A stretch of DNA of 63,412 nt, filler included, from Sphacelaria rigidula (taxonomy: Eukaryota): assembly GCA_964200075.2 (NCBI GenBank). It is 11 parts of 11 records of this genome, joined end to end, with 100 filler letters (N's around TTAATTAATTAA, not from the genome) between each part and the next. Parts side by side here need not be neighbours in the genome. Positions count along the whole stretch, not along the records: positions 57,740 to 63,412 come from CAXNAA020025370.1; 10 more parts are not named here. One strand, written 5' to 3'. The notes under the pieces were generated by a model. The model was given only the letters and a program-made list of their open reading frames with translations. It had not been told where the DNA came from and ran no database searches. Below, in pieces: positions 62,191 to 63,412 of this stretch. Position 1 is the stretch's first letter. The number at the start of each line of letters is the position of its first letter. Both the position numbers and the translations under genes were made by a program.

Positions 62191-63412
62191 AACCATATTA
62201 TTCAAGTACTGTCATGGGCGCGCCTGACCCCCCAAAATGGGCAACAAAAGTGTCACCGACCAATATCACGAACAGACACGAACAGACCGACTTCTGGGGC
62301 TTATCCAGGCTCGTGGGGTAAAATGTGCCTTGCGTCATCGGAAGAGAACGGCATGGATCCAAAATTTATATCGAGAAAAAGTGGACTGCATTCTAAAATC
62401 AGAACCCTACCGTTATTTCCGTTGTTTTCCCTCATATATTAGATACCACTGTGTCGCTTTTCGTCCGCGCTTGCGATACCCTGGCATGCAAGGAGGCTGG
62501 TTGGGTTGGTGAACCAACCCAACGCACACCGAAAACACTCGGGTAAGGGCGATATGTACATTCCCTGAAGAAAATGCGACCTTGGTAGACCCCAATTTTT
62601 TCAAACTACGCTCAGATATTTGAAATGACTCTTGATATCCGAGGAACTGCGGCTTCCCCGCCCCTCCGCTACGTATGAAAGAAGGGCGACAGAGTTTTTG
62701 GGAGGGCTTGTAATGCGCACGGGGGGACACGGCGTTTCTAGTGTATGAAAATCCCCGTTTTCCTACCTGCAAACAGTTTTATGTCTGTTGTTTTCTAATA
62801 AGAGCGTTAAACTGTCGATTTGTGGTCGGTACTGAACTGATTAGCGGATGCCAATGCCAGCAGAGTTTGATAGTGCTTTTCGACAGTATCTTCGAACGTT
62901 CGAACGGACCCAAAGCGGACACTTTCCCTCGGATATCAAGAGTCATTTCAAATATCTGAACGTAGTTTGAAAAAATTGAAATCTTTTCTGTCGTGAGACG
63001 TTCCGAAATTGAGCACATAATAACCTGTTCTTTTTGTTTGTCACCTCTCGCTGATGCTCGCTGCAGACGCGAGTCAGTCAGTCAGTAGAGTAGAAAAAGA
63101 CAAGCACCAGATTGCAGCTGACGCACCCCTCTGCACCACGCTAACAACAGTTAGGTCATCACCATATGTATCTGTTTTCACTCTGCATGTCAAGAAGGTC
63201 TCCACAAGTGTTTGATCTAACTCTCACACACACCCCAACTGGCCTGTGGCAGTCTCTTGGGGTCGGGCGCCTGGATGGTAAGATATCTCAGGGTAAAATC
63301 AACGATGAATAAGGGTCTGTCTTAACGAAGAGGATAATCCCCTTTTTCACAATCCCCTTTTGACAGGGAATTGGCCCCATAACGACCAGCCCCGAGTCCT
63401 ATCGACAAGCAG

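Noticed and set aside
63290..63385. Second LRR exon (GPIP on the minus strand)
   Set aside because: There is no LxxLxL pattern and no 72-nt splice boundaries. The region aligns with the gypsy remnant at 45300-45370.

Overview
This window is not one locus. It is 11 eukaryotic contigs of 5674 or 5673 bp (size-sorted, physically unlinked) joined by 100-bp N44-TTAATTAATTAA-N44 linkers. The source is probably a brown alga (Phaeophyceae); this is an inference from the 72-nt LRR exon, the long introns and UTRs, and the retroelement types. Most of the sequence is transposon-derived: several degenerate Ty3/gypsy elements (one with an intact integrase plus chromodomain), one Ty1/copia element, LINE RT fragments, and many MITEs. 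The MITEs include three ~255-270-bp GAG-ended families with 4-bp TSDs, a TGT...ACA family carrying TTAGGG-like repeats, a mariner-like copy and a Harbinger-like copy. Host gene fragments were reconstructed by hand from GT-AG exons: a SPRY + SDE2-C-terminal protein, an ABCG transporter exon, a RING-finger protein, a kinase last exon and a single LRR exon. The most notable is a 5-exon model that appears to join an Mtc6/PI-PLC-type lectin-like module to a Tweety-like membrane-protein N-terminus. No CRISPR array, rRNA or tRNA is supported. All family assignments are motif recognition by eye, not database results.
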